A stretch of DNA of 64,000 bases. Source: Planctomyces sp. (GTDB lineage: Bacteria > Planctomycetota > Planctomycetia > Planctomycetales > Planctomycetaceae). The notes beneath the pieces were generated by a model. The model had not been told where the DNA came from and searched no databases. It saw only the letters and a list, made by a program, of their open reading frames with translations. The stretch covers positions 13,916 through 77,915 of the forward strand of contig SXKJ01000145.1 in assembly GCA_005778115.1 (NCBI GenBank). The letters are read 5' to 3'. This document shows positions 36,404 through 44,917 of the stretch, one piece after another (position 1 is the first letter of the stretch; every line of letters starts with the position of its first letter). The position numbers were made by a program, and so were the translations under genes.

Positions 36404-37387
36404 ATGACACATCTGATCCTTGCTCTCGCGTTGTTGACCCAAGACCCGCTGGACGCGCTCGATGCCAAGCAAGGTATCAAGAAAGCCGCGCCGCCGGCTG
36501 CAACGGCTCCAGCCCAGCCGACTCCACCGGATGCGAAGAGCGCGAAGCCCAGCATTCCGGGCTTTTCCGATACGGCGGGACAGCCGGCTCAGGAAGTCGC
36601 GCCGCCCAATGAAGCCAAATCGGACGAGAAGCCGGCCGAGGAGTCGGTCAGTGATTCCGGGATCGGTTTCTGGGACTGGGTCGACAAGATGATGCACACC
36701 GGTGCGATGGGCTTAATGATTCGCGGTGGGATTTTCATGTGGCCGATTCTGGCCTGCGGAATTCTCATGACGGGGGTCATCATCGAGCGGTATCGCACTT
36801 TGAAGATGCTGACGACGGACGCTAGCGGGCTTCGACAGCAAGTGACTGAATTACTTCACGACGACAATGTTGAGGACGCGCTCGCGAGGTGTGACTCCGA
36901 ACAAGGTCCGGTGGCAGCAATCCTCTCTGCCGGACTGCGGAAATTCGTTGTGCTCAGGCGGCTGGGTTACGACTCCGGCAAGGTTGAGGAGCAGGTCATC
37001 AAGGCGATGGACGATTATGGAGTCCACATCGTGGCGGCGCTCGAAAAGCACCTGTCGATTTTGGCGACCGTGTCGAGCGTGGCTCCGATGCTCGGCTTTT
37101 TGGGAACAGTCAGCGGCATGGTCAACGGCTTTGATCACATCGTGGCGACGCTCGGCGAGCAGAACATCGTGAAGGCAGCCGCCGACGGTATCGCGGAAGC
37201 GTTGCTGACGACCGCCCTCGGACTGATCGTCGGCATTCCCGCGTTCACGGCTTACAACTATTTCACAGGGGTCATCAACCAATTCGTGCTGGATGTCGAA
37301 GAGACCGCGACGGAGCTGATTGAGACCGTGACATTGCAGTTGGCGATCGAAAGACGTGAAACCGAAACAGAAGCGGCCAACGCCTGA
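36404..37387 (+). CDS. exbB: MotA/TolQ/ExbB proton-channel family protein with a ~100-aa Pro/Ala/Lys-rich N-terminal extension
   Basis: The C-terminal two thirds carry FMWPILACGILMTGVIIERY, LSILATVSSVAPMLGFLGTVSGMV and IAEALLTTALGLIVGIPAFTAYNYF, the ExbB TM2/TM3 signature. Confidence 0.85.
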   Translation: MTHLILALALLTQDPLDALDAKQGIKKAAPPAATAPAQPTPPDAKSAKPSIPGFSDTAGQPAQEVAPPNEAKSDEKPAEESVSDSGIGFWDWVDKMMHTGAMGLMIRGGIFMWPILACGILMTGVIIERYRTLKMLTTDASGLRQQVTELLHDDNVEDALARCDSEQGPVAAILSAGLRKFVVLRRLGYDSGKVEEQVIKAMDDYGVHIVAALEKHLSILATVSSVAPMLGFLGTVSGMVNGFDHIVATLGEQNIVKAAADGIAEALLTTALGLIVGIPAFTAYNYFTGVINQFVLDVEETATELIETVTLQLAIERRETETEAANA

Positions 37388-37396
37388 TCTCCACTA

Positions 37397-37468
37397 ACCG
37401 TACCGCGACCGCTGGGAAGGGGTTGGGGGCCGGTGTCCCAGCAGGCCGCTCCCTAACGGTCGCGGTAC
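37397..37468. repeat. Palindromic element (GTACCGCGACCG ... CGGTCGCGGTAC with an inner CTGGGA...TCCCAG pair)
   Basis: Read from the sequence between exbB and the first exbD. Confidence 0.65.
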
Positions 37469-37489
37469 AGTCCCGAGAATTGATCCGAA

Positions 37490-37921
37490 ATGAAAGTCCG
37501 TCGTTCCACCAAAGTGCTTGTCGATGTTCCGGCTGTGGCCAGCGGGGACATCGCGTTTAATTTGATCGTGTTCTTTCTGGTGTGTGCCTCGACCCAGCCG
37601 GACACCGGACGGTCGCAGATTCTTCCGAAGAGCGAACAGACTCAACAGCAGCAGGAACAACAGGACGAGCATCTGACTGTCGAACTCAAACGCAATGCGC
37701 TGCTCATCAATGGCGATCCGGTGAAAGTGTCTGAGATCAAAGCTCGTGTGAAGGCGAAATTGTCCGGAAAGTCGCGTCCGGAAGACCGCGTCGTGATCGT
37801 GAAGAGCGCCGATGACGTGCCGTATCACGCCTGGATCGACGTCACCTCGCAAATCGAGGATGCGGGTGGGATCATCACTTTGCAACTTGAGGAAGAACGA
37901 ACCGTCGATGTGCCGCAGTAA
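37490..37921 (+). CDS. exbD: ExbD/TolR family biopolymer transport protein
   Basis: A single N-terminal TM with the conserved Asp (VASGDIAFNLIVFFLV) and a periplasmic domain (LLINGDPV...VVIVKSADDVPYHAWIDV). Confidence 0.85.
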   Translation: MKVRRSTKVLVDVPAVASGDIAFNLIVFFLVCASTQPDTGRSQILPKSEQTQQQQEQQDEHLTVELKRNALLINGDPVKVSEIKARVKAKLSGKSRPEDRVVIVKSADDVPYHAWIDVTSQIEDAGGIITLQLEEERTVDVPQ

Positions 37922-37978
37922 CGTAGGTTGGGGCTCTGCCCCGACCGCTCGGCACAGAGAGCCAAGCTACAAAACACC

Positions 37979-38386
37979 ATGAAGATGAAACGCGGAAAAC
38001 CGAAGGTCGATATCCCCAGCGTGGCGATGGGGGATATCGCTTTCAATTTGCTGATCTTTTTCGTGATCCTGGCTCAGTCGCAGGATGACAGCCACATTCA
38101 GTGGACTCCGGCCAAGGCGGACAATCTGAAAGGGGCGGGTTACACGCGAGTCACCGTCACCATCGACAAAGATCAGAAGGTCTATCTCAACGGCCAGGAG
38201 CTTTCCGAAGGTCAGCTTGCCTCGCGAATCGAAAGCCATTTAGGTGACGCTCCAGCCGGCCAGCGAAAAGTCATGTTGAAGGCTCATAGCGATTGCACGG
38301 CGGCAAAGTTCGAGCCGGTGATCGAGGCCATCAGTCAGGCGGGTGGCGAGTTGGTGCATATTTTGGAAGACAAGAAGCAGAATTGA
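37979..38386 (+). CDS. exbD: ExbD/TolR family biopolymer transport protein (second paralogue)
   Basis: Internal ATG at 37979. Translation has VAMGDIAFNLLIFFVILA and VYLNGQEL...KVMLKAHSDCTAAKFEPVIEAI. Confidence 0.85.
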   Translation: MKMKRGKPKVDIPSVAMGDIAFNLLIFFVILAQSQDDSHIQWTPAKADNLKGAGYTRVTVTIDKDQKVYLNGQELSEGQLASRIESHLGDAPAGQRKVMLKAHSDCTAAKFEPVIEAISQAGGELVHILEDKKQN

Positions 38387-38388
38387 CC

Positions 38389-38447
38389 CGTCGCTTGACT
38401 CTCTTAGTCGAGTCTTCGGGCTGCTCGACTCAGAGAGTTGAGCGACG
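38389..38447. repeat. 24-bp-arm imperfect palindrome directly after the second exbD stop
   Basis: CGTCGCTTGACTCTCTTAGTCGAG (38389..38412) pairs with CTCGACTCAGAGAGTTGAGCGACG (38424..38447), with 2 mismatches. Confidence 0.8.
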
Positions 38448-38468
38448 ACAAACAAACCGAGGTGTGCC

Positions 38469-38948
38469 GTGGACAAACTGCGTGAAAAATTGACCGAGGA
38501 TATTCCGCCGAAGACCGGCATGATGAGTGGCGCAAAGCGACTCTCGACAGACGCGGCGGCGACGACATCCGAGTTGCGTGACTTCGTGCGCAGCTTGAAA
38601 GGCCGCAGTCCGCAGGAAGTGATGGGAATCGTCGCGTCGAATGCGCTGACTCAGGCGATGATCGGCTCGACGATTGCGACGGTCGTGTTGCTGGCGGTGC
38701 TGACCGTGCCATTCGCCTTTGGCAACTCGGCGAAAGCCAAGCCCACCAAGCCGGGGGCAGCTGCCGCCAATGTCGAACCGGCCAAGACCGACGCCGCATC
38801 CTCGAAGGCTGCAAATTCTGGCGACACTCCTTCGGAAGAGGACATCAAAAAGGCCAGCAAGGCGATGGGCTTGGACGAGACAAAAACGGCTGACCCGAAA
38901 AAGAATCCGCTCGACAGCTTCGACAACCTGCTGGACAAGGTGAAGTAG
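38469..38948 (+). CDS. Hypothetical single-TM protein with a Lys/Ala/Pro-rich tail (159 aa)
   Basis: GTG start. One TM segment, AMIGSTIATVVLLAVLTVPFAF, is followed by AKAKPTKPGAAAANVEPAKTDAASSKAA.... I saw no TonB C-terminal domain motif. Confidence 0.5.
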   Translation: MDKLREKLTEDIPPKTGMMSGAKRLSTDAAATTSELRDFVRSLKGRSPQEVMGIVASNALTQAMIGSTIATVVLLAVLTVPFAFGNSAKAKPTKPGAAAANVEPAKTDAASSKAANSGDTPSEEDIKKASKAMGLDETKTADPKKNPLDSFDNLLDKVK

Positions 38949-38955
38949 AAGTTTT

Positions 38956-39026
38956 GGCGAGCCGGGTGGCGTCAGCCCCCGGATGTCGTGGAGATGAGTC
39001 CGGGGGCTGACGCCACCCGGCTCGCC
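38956..39026. repeat. Perfect 28-bp inverted repeat with 15-nt spacer; sister of the copy inside the RND pump gene
   Basis: GGCGAGCCGGGTGGCGTCAGCCCCCGGA (38956..38983) pairs with TCCGGGGGCTGACGCCACCCGGCTCGCC (38999..39026). Confidence 0.9.
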
Positions 39027-39063
39027 TGATTCTCGCTCGATGCAACTCACAGGCTCTTAAGAA

Positions 39064-40662
39064 ATGTTTCCACATCTGACATTCCCCCCGAAGCTCGTCA
39101 AACAGACGGCCATTTATCTGGCGGTCTGGGTGTTGTGCTTGGCGGACTGGATGTGGGGACGCTCGATCGAAACCTGGTGGCGAGCGTGGCCGGAGGGAAT
39201 CTGGTTTGCGCTGGGCGTGCCACTGTCGACGTATTGGATTGCGTGGACGGGTTGGCTGTGCCGGTTGGAGGACGGAGACAACGCGAATCTCATCGCCTTG
39301 CGGCGAATCGCGGGAGACCTTGGCTCCGCGACTCTGGATGAACGCTCGGACGAAACGGCGTTACTAGTTCGTCGAAATTTGGTGTGGAGCGTCTCGGCGA
39401 TTTTACTCTGGCAGGTGAGCGTCTTCTTCGCGGATGCGCTCGACCTGCCGCACATGCGAGTTGGCTTGGCGACGTGGGGAACCTGGAGCCTGTTCTTTCT
39501 CGGCATGGTGTGGGTGGTGTGGTTGGTTGAACGGGCATCGCGGTTCTATGAAGAGCGGCGTTACGAACGTCGGCGACGCGAGCAATCAGCGGCCATCGAG
39601 TTCGCGCGGTCCGCTCACCGAGCGACGCACGACGATGATGCGGACGACGAGCGAGTCCACAATCCGCTCGATCCGCACGCTTGGTATTACGGACGACGGG
39701 CGCGGAAGCTGAATCAATCGCTGACTTGGATGTCGGTCTATTCGTTGTGCTTTTCGATCGCGTTTCTGGTTTTCACACAAATCGGCGGTTGCAGTGACAT
39801 CTACGAAATGCCGGCCGGCGGCGGACAGCAGGCTCAGATCGCTCAGGCCGTGAAGATCCAGAAGATCATCAAGAAGAAGTTCGTGGTGAATCCGTTTTCG
39901 GCGATTAGCTTCAAAGTGCCGCCGATCGACGAGATCAAGCTGCAGCTTCAAGAAATCACACAGCACGCCTACACGGTCGGCTACGGCGAAGGAACGGGAG
40001 CGGGCTTCGCGGGCGGGACAAGCTCAGGCAAAGTTCGATTCCTGCGGCTGGAGTATTCCGGCGGCGACTGGGATCAGGACATGAGTGTGTACTCCGGCGA
40101 CAACTTGCTCCGCGAGTACGGTCTGCGCACGAAGCAGAAAGTGAACGACAAGGAAGAGACGCGGACCATCTCCGCGCTCAAGGCATTTCCGGCCGAGAAG
40201 TCTCCGCCGTTCGTGTACATGACCGGCGAGAAAAACATTTCGATCTCAGCCAACGAAGCGAAGACGTTGCGAGATTATCTGGTCGACAAGCACGGAATGT
40301 TGTTCATCGACAACGGTGGCAGCGGGCACTTTCACAACCAGGTTTTGTCGATAATGCGGCAAGTCCTCCCCAACGTTCGTCCGTCCCATGTGCCGCTCGA
40401 TGACACGATCCATCGCATCCCCTATCCGATTCCGTTCCTGCCGTATGTCGCCCCGCACGGCGGCAAAGAGGCGCTCGGCTGGCGAGTCGATGGCCGCTTG
40501 GTCGCGTATTACCACCCCGGCGACATCGGCGACGCCTGGGCCGACGGCCACGCCGGTGTAAAGCCGGAGATCACAGAGTTCTGCTATCAACTCGGCGTCA
40601 ACGTGGTCTTCTACGCTCACGCTGAGTACTCGAAGTGGCTGTTGTCGCGGATGAAAAAGTAA
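39064..40662 (+). CDS. Polytopic membrane protein with C-terminal DUF4159-like domain
   Basis: The N-terminus has about 5 TM segments. The C-terminus has LRLEYSGGDWDQD, PPFVYMTGEKNISISANEAKTLRDYLVDKHGMLFIDNGG, YYHPGDIGDAW and GVNVVFYA, which fits my recollection of the DUF4159 pattern. Confidence 0.7.
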   Translation: MFPHLTFPPKLVKQTAIYLAVWVLCLADWMWGRSIETWWRAWPEGIWFALGVPLSTYWIAWTGWLCRLEDGDNANLIALRRIAGDLGSATLDERSDETALLVRRNLVWSVSAILLWQVSVFFADALDLPHMRVGLATWGTWSLFFLGMVWVVWLVERASRFYEERRYERRRREQSAAIEFARSAHRATHDDDADDERVHNPLDPHAWYYGRRARKLNQSLTWMSVYSLCFSIAFLVFTQIGGCSDIYEMPAGGGQQAQIAQAVKIQKIIKKKFVVNPFSAISFKVPPIDEIKLQLQEITQHAYTVGYGEGTGAGFAGGTSSGKVRFLRLEYSGGDWDQDMSVYSGDNLLREYGLRTKQKVNDKEETRTISALKAFPAEKSPPFVYMTGEKNISISANEAKTLRDYLVDKHGMLFIDNGGSGHFHNQVLSIMRQVLPNVRPSHVPLDDTIHRIPYPIPFLPYVAPHGGKEALGWRVDGRLVAYYHPGDIGDAWADGHAGVKPEITEFCYQLGVNVVFYAHAEYSKWLLSRMKK

Positions 40663-40841
40663 ACCTTCACCTGGCAGATTGCGGCGTCCCTTCGGTGTGG
40701 CGCGACGTATTAGATCAGCGGCCATTATCGCAAGACCCATCGGGCTTCTCGCATGTTTTCACCCCCGCGACGTTACACTGCTCGCCACTTCGCCCGCGCT
40801 GTGCGAGCCTCTTTCCGTGGTCTGGGATTCGGAGGTTAATC

Positions 40842-42404
40842 ATGCGTCGTTCTCGTCGTGAATTCTTGGCGGATGTCGGCAGCGGGATGTTGGTCGCTGG
40901 AGTCGGATACAGCACAGCCCTCGACCTGGGATTATCCACGGTCAGAGCGGCGGAAGGTTCCGAGGCGAATGGGTTGACGTTCGGTGGTCTCGAACCGCTT
41001 GTCGGTTTGATGCAGGACACGCCGGTCAACAAGCTGCTCTCGACGCTGGTCGAGAAGATGCACGATGGCACGGACTTGAAGACCCTCGTGGCTGCCGCGG
41101 CACTCGCAAACGCTCGAACCTTCGGCGGCGAGGACTACATCGGCTTCCACACGATGATGGCCATGATGCCGGCCTATCAGATGTCTCAGGAACTGCCGAC
41201 CGAGAAGAAGGCTCTGCCCGTCTTGAAAGTGCTCTATCGAAACACGAATCGGATTCACGATTTCGGTGGACGCAAGAAAGAGGTTCTGCATCCCATCACA
41301 GCGGGCACGCTGCCAACGAGTGTCGTGCCGGGCGATGCGGTGCGGGCCGCCGTTCACAGCAAAGACATCGACAATGCAGAGAAGACATTCGCGGCGGCGG
41401 CGATCTCTCCGGAAGAAGCCTTCAATGCTGTGATGTATGCCGTCGATGACAACACCGAAGTGCATCGCGTCGTGCTGCCGTACCGAGCTTATGCGTTGCT
41501 CGATCTCGTCGGACCGGAGCAAGCGGTGACGATGTTGAGGCAATCGGTTCGTTACTGCGTGAAGAGCGAGCGAAACGTCAACCGCAACGCCGAATTCGAT
41601 CGGCCGCGCACGCTGTTGCCGAAGGTGTTCGATCAACACAAGCTCGCAGGCAAGACGCCAGGGACGCGGGTGCCGGATGATGCTTGGGTGGAATCCTTCT
41701 GTCAGACGCTCTTCAAGGCGACGCCCGATCAAGCCGCTGACTTCGCGGGGGCCGCTTTGGCCGAAGGGATCGCTCCCGATGCGATCTGCGAAGCGATCTG
41801 CCTGGCTGCGAACCAATTGGTCTTGCGCGACGTCGGACGTCGCGAGAAGGAAGTTCAACCGGGCAAGCCTCTGGGAAGCGTGCATGGCGATTCGATCGGC
41901 GTGCATGCGTCCGACTCGGCGAATGCGTGGCGGAACATGGTTAAGTTCAGCAATGCTCGCAATCAGTTCGCTTGCACGATTCTGGGGGCGTTCCAAGTTG
42001 CCTACGACCGCATCAATCGCGGTGGCGACTTCCTCAACTGGCAGCCTCGCCCGCACGCAGAGCATCTCGAAAAGATCACGACCCGCGATCCCAATAAGTT
42101 GTTGGCCGAAGCCGAAGCCGCGATCCGAGCAAACGAGCAAGCTCAGGCCGCCGCGATCGTGCATCTGATCGGAGAGTTGCGTCATTCGCCGCGACCGGTG
42201 CTCGATCTGTTGTTGAAGTATGCGATCACCGAAGACGGTGCTCTGCACGCCGAGAAGTACTACCGCACCGCCAGCGAAGAGTTCGCCAACATGCGGCAAC
42301 CGTTCCGCTGGCGACAACTCACGGCGCTGGCCCGCGTCACCGCCAGCGAATTTGGTTCGCCCGCTGCCGGTTGTGATGAGGCAATGGAGTTATTGAAGGT
42401 GTGA
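40842..42404 (+). CDS. Hypothetical protein with twin-arginine-type signal (520 aa), family not recognised
   Basis: Internal ATG at 40842 gives MRRSRREFLADVGSGMLVAGVG. The protein looks all-helical. Its stop overlaps the start region of the next gene (GTGAgcATG). Confidence 0.6.
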   Translation: MRRSRREFLADVGSGMLVAGVGYSTALDLGLSTVRAAEGSEANGLTFGGLEPLVGLMQDTPVNKLLSTLVEKMHDGTDLKTLVAAAALANARTFGGEDYIGFHTMMAMMPAYQMSQELPTEKKALPVLKVLYRNTNRIHDFGGRKKEVLHPITAGTLPTSVVPGDAVRAAVHSKDIDNAEKTFAAAAISPEEAFNAVMYAVDDNTEVHRVVLPYRAYALLDLVGPEQAVTMLRQSVRYCVKSERNVNRNAEFDRPRTLLPKVFDQHKLAGKTPGTRVPDDAWVESFCQTLFKATPDQAADFAGAALAEGIAPDAICEAICLAANQLVLRDVGRREKEVQPGKPLGSVHGDSIGVHASDSANAWRNMVKFSNARNQFACTILGAFQVAYDRINRGGDFLNWQPRPHAEHLEKITTRDPNKLLAEAEAAIRANEQAQAAAIVHLIGELRHSPRPVLDLLLKYAITEDGALHAEKYYRTASEEFANMRQPFRWRQLTALARVTASEFGSPAAGCDEAMELLKV

Positions 42405-42406
42405 GC

Positions 42407-44887
42407 ATGAAACGCTGGTTGATCGCATTCGCCGTCCTCGTTTTGGGGGCGGCGAATTTTTTCGTTCTGGGACAGGACGCTTCGCCGAAAGGCGAAACGG
42501 CCGCGGCCGATCTCGATTTCTTCGAGAGGCGGGTCCGACCGCTGTTGGTGCAGCGCTGCTTTGAGTGTCACTCGGCGAAGGCGGAGAAGTTGAAGGGTGG
42601 ATTGCTGCTCGACAGCCGCGAGGCGATTCTCACGGGAGGTGATACCGGACCGGCGGCGGTGGTCGGCGATGTCGAGAAGAGCCTGATCGTGCAGGCGATT
42701 CGATTCGACAACGAGAACGTACAGATGCCTCCGGCGGGAAAATTGCCGGAGGCGGAGATCGCCGTCCTGACCGAATGGGTGCGTCGCGGACTTCCGTTCC
42801 CGGCGGTCAATGCGGCAAAGGCAAACCGACGAGCCATCGACATCGCTGAAGGGAAGAAGCATTGGGCGTTTCAAAAGTTCGTAGTTCCGCCTTTAGGCGG
42901 TTCTCCCACGGACCGCCTCCAGGCGGAACTACGAACTCGGATCGACGACTTCATCCACACGGCACAGCGCAAGCACGGATTATCGCCGTCGCCAGAGGCA
43001 TCCAAGGGAACTCTGATTCGGCGATTGACGTTTGATTTGCTCGGCTTGCCGCCGTCACCGGAGGACGTTCAAGAGTTTCTCGCGGATGAATCTCCCGATG
43101 CTTACGAGCGACTCGTCGAGCGATTGCTGGCTGATCCCCGATTCGGCGAGCGTTGGGCACGGATGTGGCTCGATCTGGCGCGGTATTGTGACATCGGTGA
43201 GTCGTGGCGAACCGGCGAAGGGCAGCCGTGGCTGTTTCGCGATTGGGTCGTGAGGACGATGAACGAAGACCTGCCGTATGACGAGTTTGTTCGCAAGCAA
43301 TTGGCGGCCGATCTGCTGCCCGACTTCCAGCCGACCGACGCGGCGGCGCTGGGATTCCTTGGGCTCAGCCCTTCGTATTGGAAGGAATTGAAGCTCGACC
43401 ACAATGTCATCAAGCAGGTTGTCTCGGAGGAGTGGGAAGAAAGGATTGAGGCGATCGGCGGGACGTTTCTGGGACTGACTCTGGCGTGTGCACGATGTCA
43501 CGACCACAAGTTTGACCCGATCACACAGCAGGATTACTACGGGCTGGCGGGAGTGCTGGCGAGCATCAAGATCGACGACAGGCCGATCATCGCCAAGCCG
43601 CTCGCGGATCAGGCGGCGGCAGCGCGAGCGCAATTGAAAGACTCGCAGGCTCAGTTGGACAAACTGCTCAAGGAGCCGAAGCTGTCTGACACCGCGACCG
43701 ACGAAGAGAAAGCGAAGGCTGCGGACGTCGCGAAGCAGGTCGAGTCGCTGCGAAACAGGATCTCGGCGTTGCAGCAGACGCCGCAGCTCAACACGCCGGT
43801 GGCATTTGGTGTCACCGAGGCGGCGATGATCGTGCTACCCGATGGGCCGAATCGGACGAAGATCGAATACAAGTCGAGTGAACCGCAAAACGTGGCGATG
43901 CAAATTCGCGGGAATGCGGCGAATCCCGGAGCGGTGGTGTCACGTCGGTTCGTGACGGTGCTTTCGCCCAATGAGCCAGCTCCATTCAAGAACGGCAGCG
44001 GGCGATTGGAATTGGCAAACGCGGTCGTCACTGATGCGGCTCCGCTGGCGGCGCGGGTCATCGTCAATCGGATTTGGGCACATCACTTCGGACGCGGTCT
44101 CGTGGCGACGCCAAGCAACTTCGGCACGCAAGGAGAGAAACCGACTCATCCGGAATTGCTGGATGACCTTGCCGCGCGATTCATCGAGCATGGCTGGTCG
44201 CTGAAGTGGCTGCATCGCGAAATCGTGTTATCGGGGACTTATCGGCAAAGTTCGGCCGACCGCCGAGAGCCGACAGCCGAAAGCCGTTATCACACTTCTC
44301 CCGACGAAGGCAAAGTGGATCGACGGCTGTCGGCTGTCGGCTCTCGGCATTCGGCCGATCCGGAGAATGTTTGGCTGGCGCGAATGCCGGTGCGGAAGTT
44401 GGACGTTGAGGCTTGGCGGGACTCAATGCTCATGGCAACGGAAGAATTGGATCGCCGCGTTGGTGGTGTTCCGCAGGAGTTGAGCGAGACGGGGAATGTT
44501 CGGCGGACGGTTTATGGTCTCATCCGGCGACGTGAGTTGTCGGACTTGTTGCGGCTACATGATTTTCCTGATCCGGTTGCTCACAGCGGATCGCGGACGC
44601 CGACGACGACTCCGTTGCAGCAGCTCTTTGTGTTGAACAGCTCGTTTCTGCAAGCTCGCGCGGCGGCGTTGGCCGGTCGGGTGTTGCGTGAGTACCCGCA
44701 AGACACGGCGGCTCAGATTCGAACGGTGCATCGTTGGCTCTTTGCTCGTGAAGCGACGGACGAAGACATTCAATTCGGGACTGAGTTCCTGGCAACGTCG
44801 CAAGCCGAGGGGGTAATTGCCGACCAGGCGTGGCGTCACTACGCTCAGGCTCTGCTGGCGACCAACGAGTTGCAGTTCGTCGAGTGA
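42407..44887 (+). CDS. PSCyt1 (planctomycete cytochrome c) + DUF1549 + DUF1553 + PSD1 domain protein, carrying two in-frame palindromic insertions
   Basis: Translation has FFERRVRPLLVQRCFECHS (CxxCH), LIRRLTFDLLGLPPSPEDVQEF, CARCHDHKFDPITQQDYY and a C-terminal LLATNELQFVE. Confidence 0.9.
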   Translation: MKRWLIAFAVLVLGAANFFVLGQDASPKGETAAADLDFFERRVRPLLVQRCFECHSAKAEKLKGGLLLDSREAILTGGDTGPAAVVGDVEKSLIVQAIRFDNENVQMPPAGKLPEAEIAVLTEWVRRGLPFPAVNAAKANRRAIDIAEGKKHWAFQKFVVPPLGGSPTDRLQAELRTRIDDFIHTAQRKHGLSPSPEASKGTLIRRLTFDLLGLPPSPEDVQEFLADESPDAYERLVERLLADPRFGERWARMWLDLARYCDIGESWRTGEGQPWLFRDWVVRTMNEDLPYDEFVRKQLAADLLPDFQPTDAAALGFLGLSPSYWKELKLDHNVIKQVVSEEWEERIEAIGGTFLGLTLACARCHDHKFDPITQQDYYGLAGVLASIKIDDRPIIAKPLADQAAAARAQLKDSQAQLDKLLKEPKLSDTATDEEKAKAADVAKQVESLRNRISALQQTPQLNTPVAFGVTEAAMIVLPDGPNRTKIEYKSSEPQNVAMQIRGNAANPGAVVSRRFVTVLSPNEPAPFKNGSGRLELANAVVTDAAPLAARVIVNRIWAHHFGRGLVATPSNFGTQGEKPTHPELLDDLAARFIEHGWSLKWLHREIVLSGTYRQSSADRREPTAESRYHTSPDEGKVDRRLSAVGSRHSADPENVWLARMPVRKLDVEAWRDSMLMATEELDRRVGGVPQELSETGNVRRTVYGLIRRRELSDLLRLHDFPDPVAHSGSRTPTTTPLQQLFVLNSSFLQARAAALAGRVLREYPQDTAAQIRTVHRWLFAREATDEDIQFGTEFLATSQAEGVIADQAWRHYAQALLATNELQFVE
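42878..42936. repeat. Palindrome GTTCGTAGTTCCGCC...GGCGGAACTACGAAC inside the PSCyt/DUF1553 CDS
   Basis: Arms at 42878..42900 and 42913..42936. It encodes ...KFVVPPLGGSPTDRLQAELRT.... A sister copy is at 46389..46455. Confidence 0.85.
44253..44356. repeat. About 104-nt palindrome (GCCGAGAGCCGACAGCCGAAAGCCGTTATCACACTT ...) inside the PSCyt/DUF1553 CDS
   Basis: Arms at 44253..44296 and 44313..44356. It encodes ...SADRREPTAESRYHTSPDEGKVDRRLSAVGSRHSA.... An intergenic sister copy is at 55812..55916. Confidence 0.8.
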
Positions 44888-44917
44888 CCGCCGGCGATCG
44901 GAGTTGAGGCACTCGCG

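Noticed and set aside
40932-42317. A 461-aa minus-strand ORF.
   Set aside because: It is antisense to the Tat-signal 520-aa gene, which is in operon context with its neighbours. Its composition is Arg-rich and it has no signal or motif.
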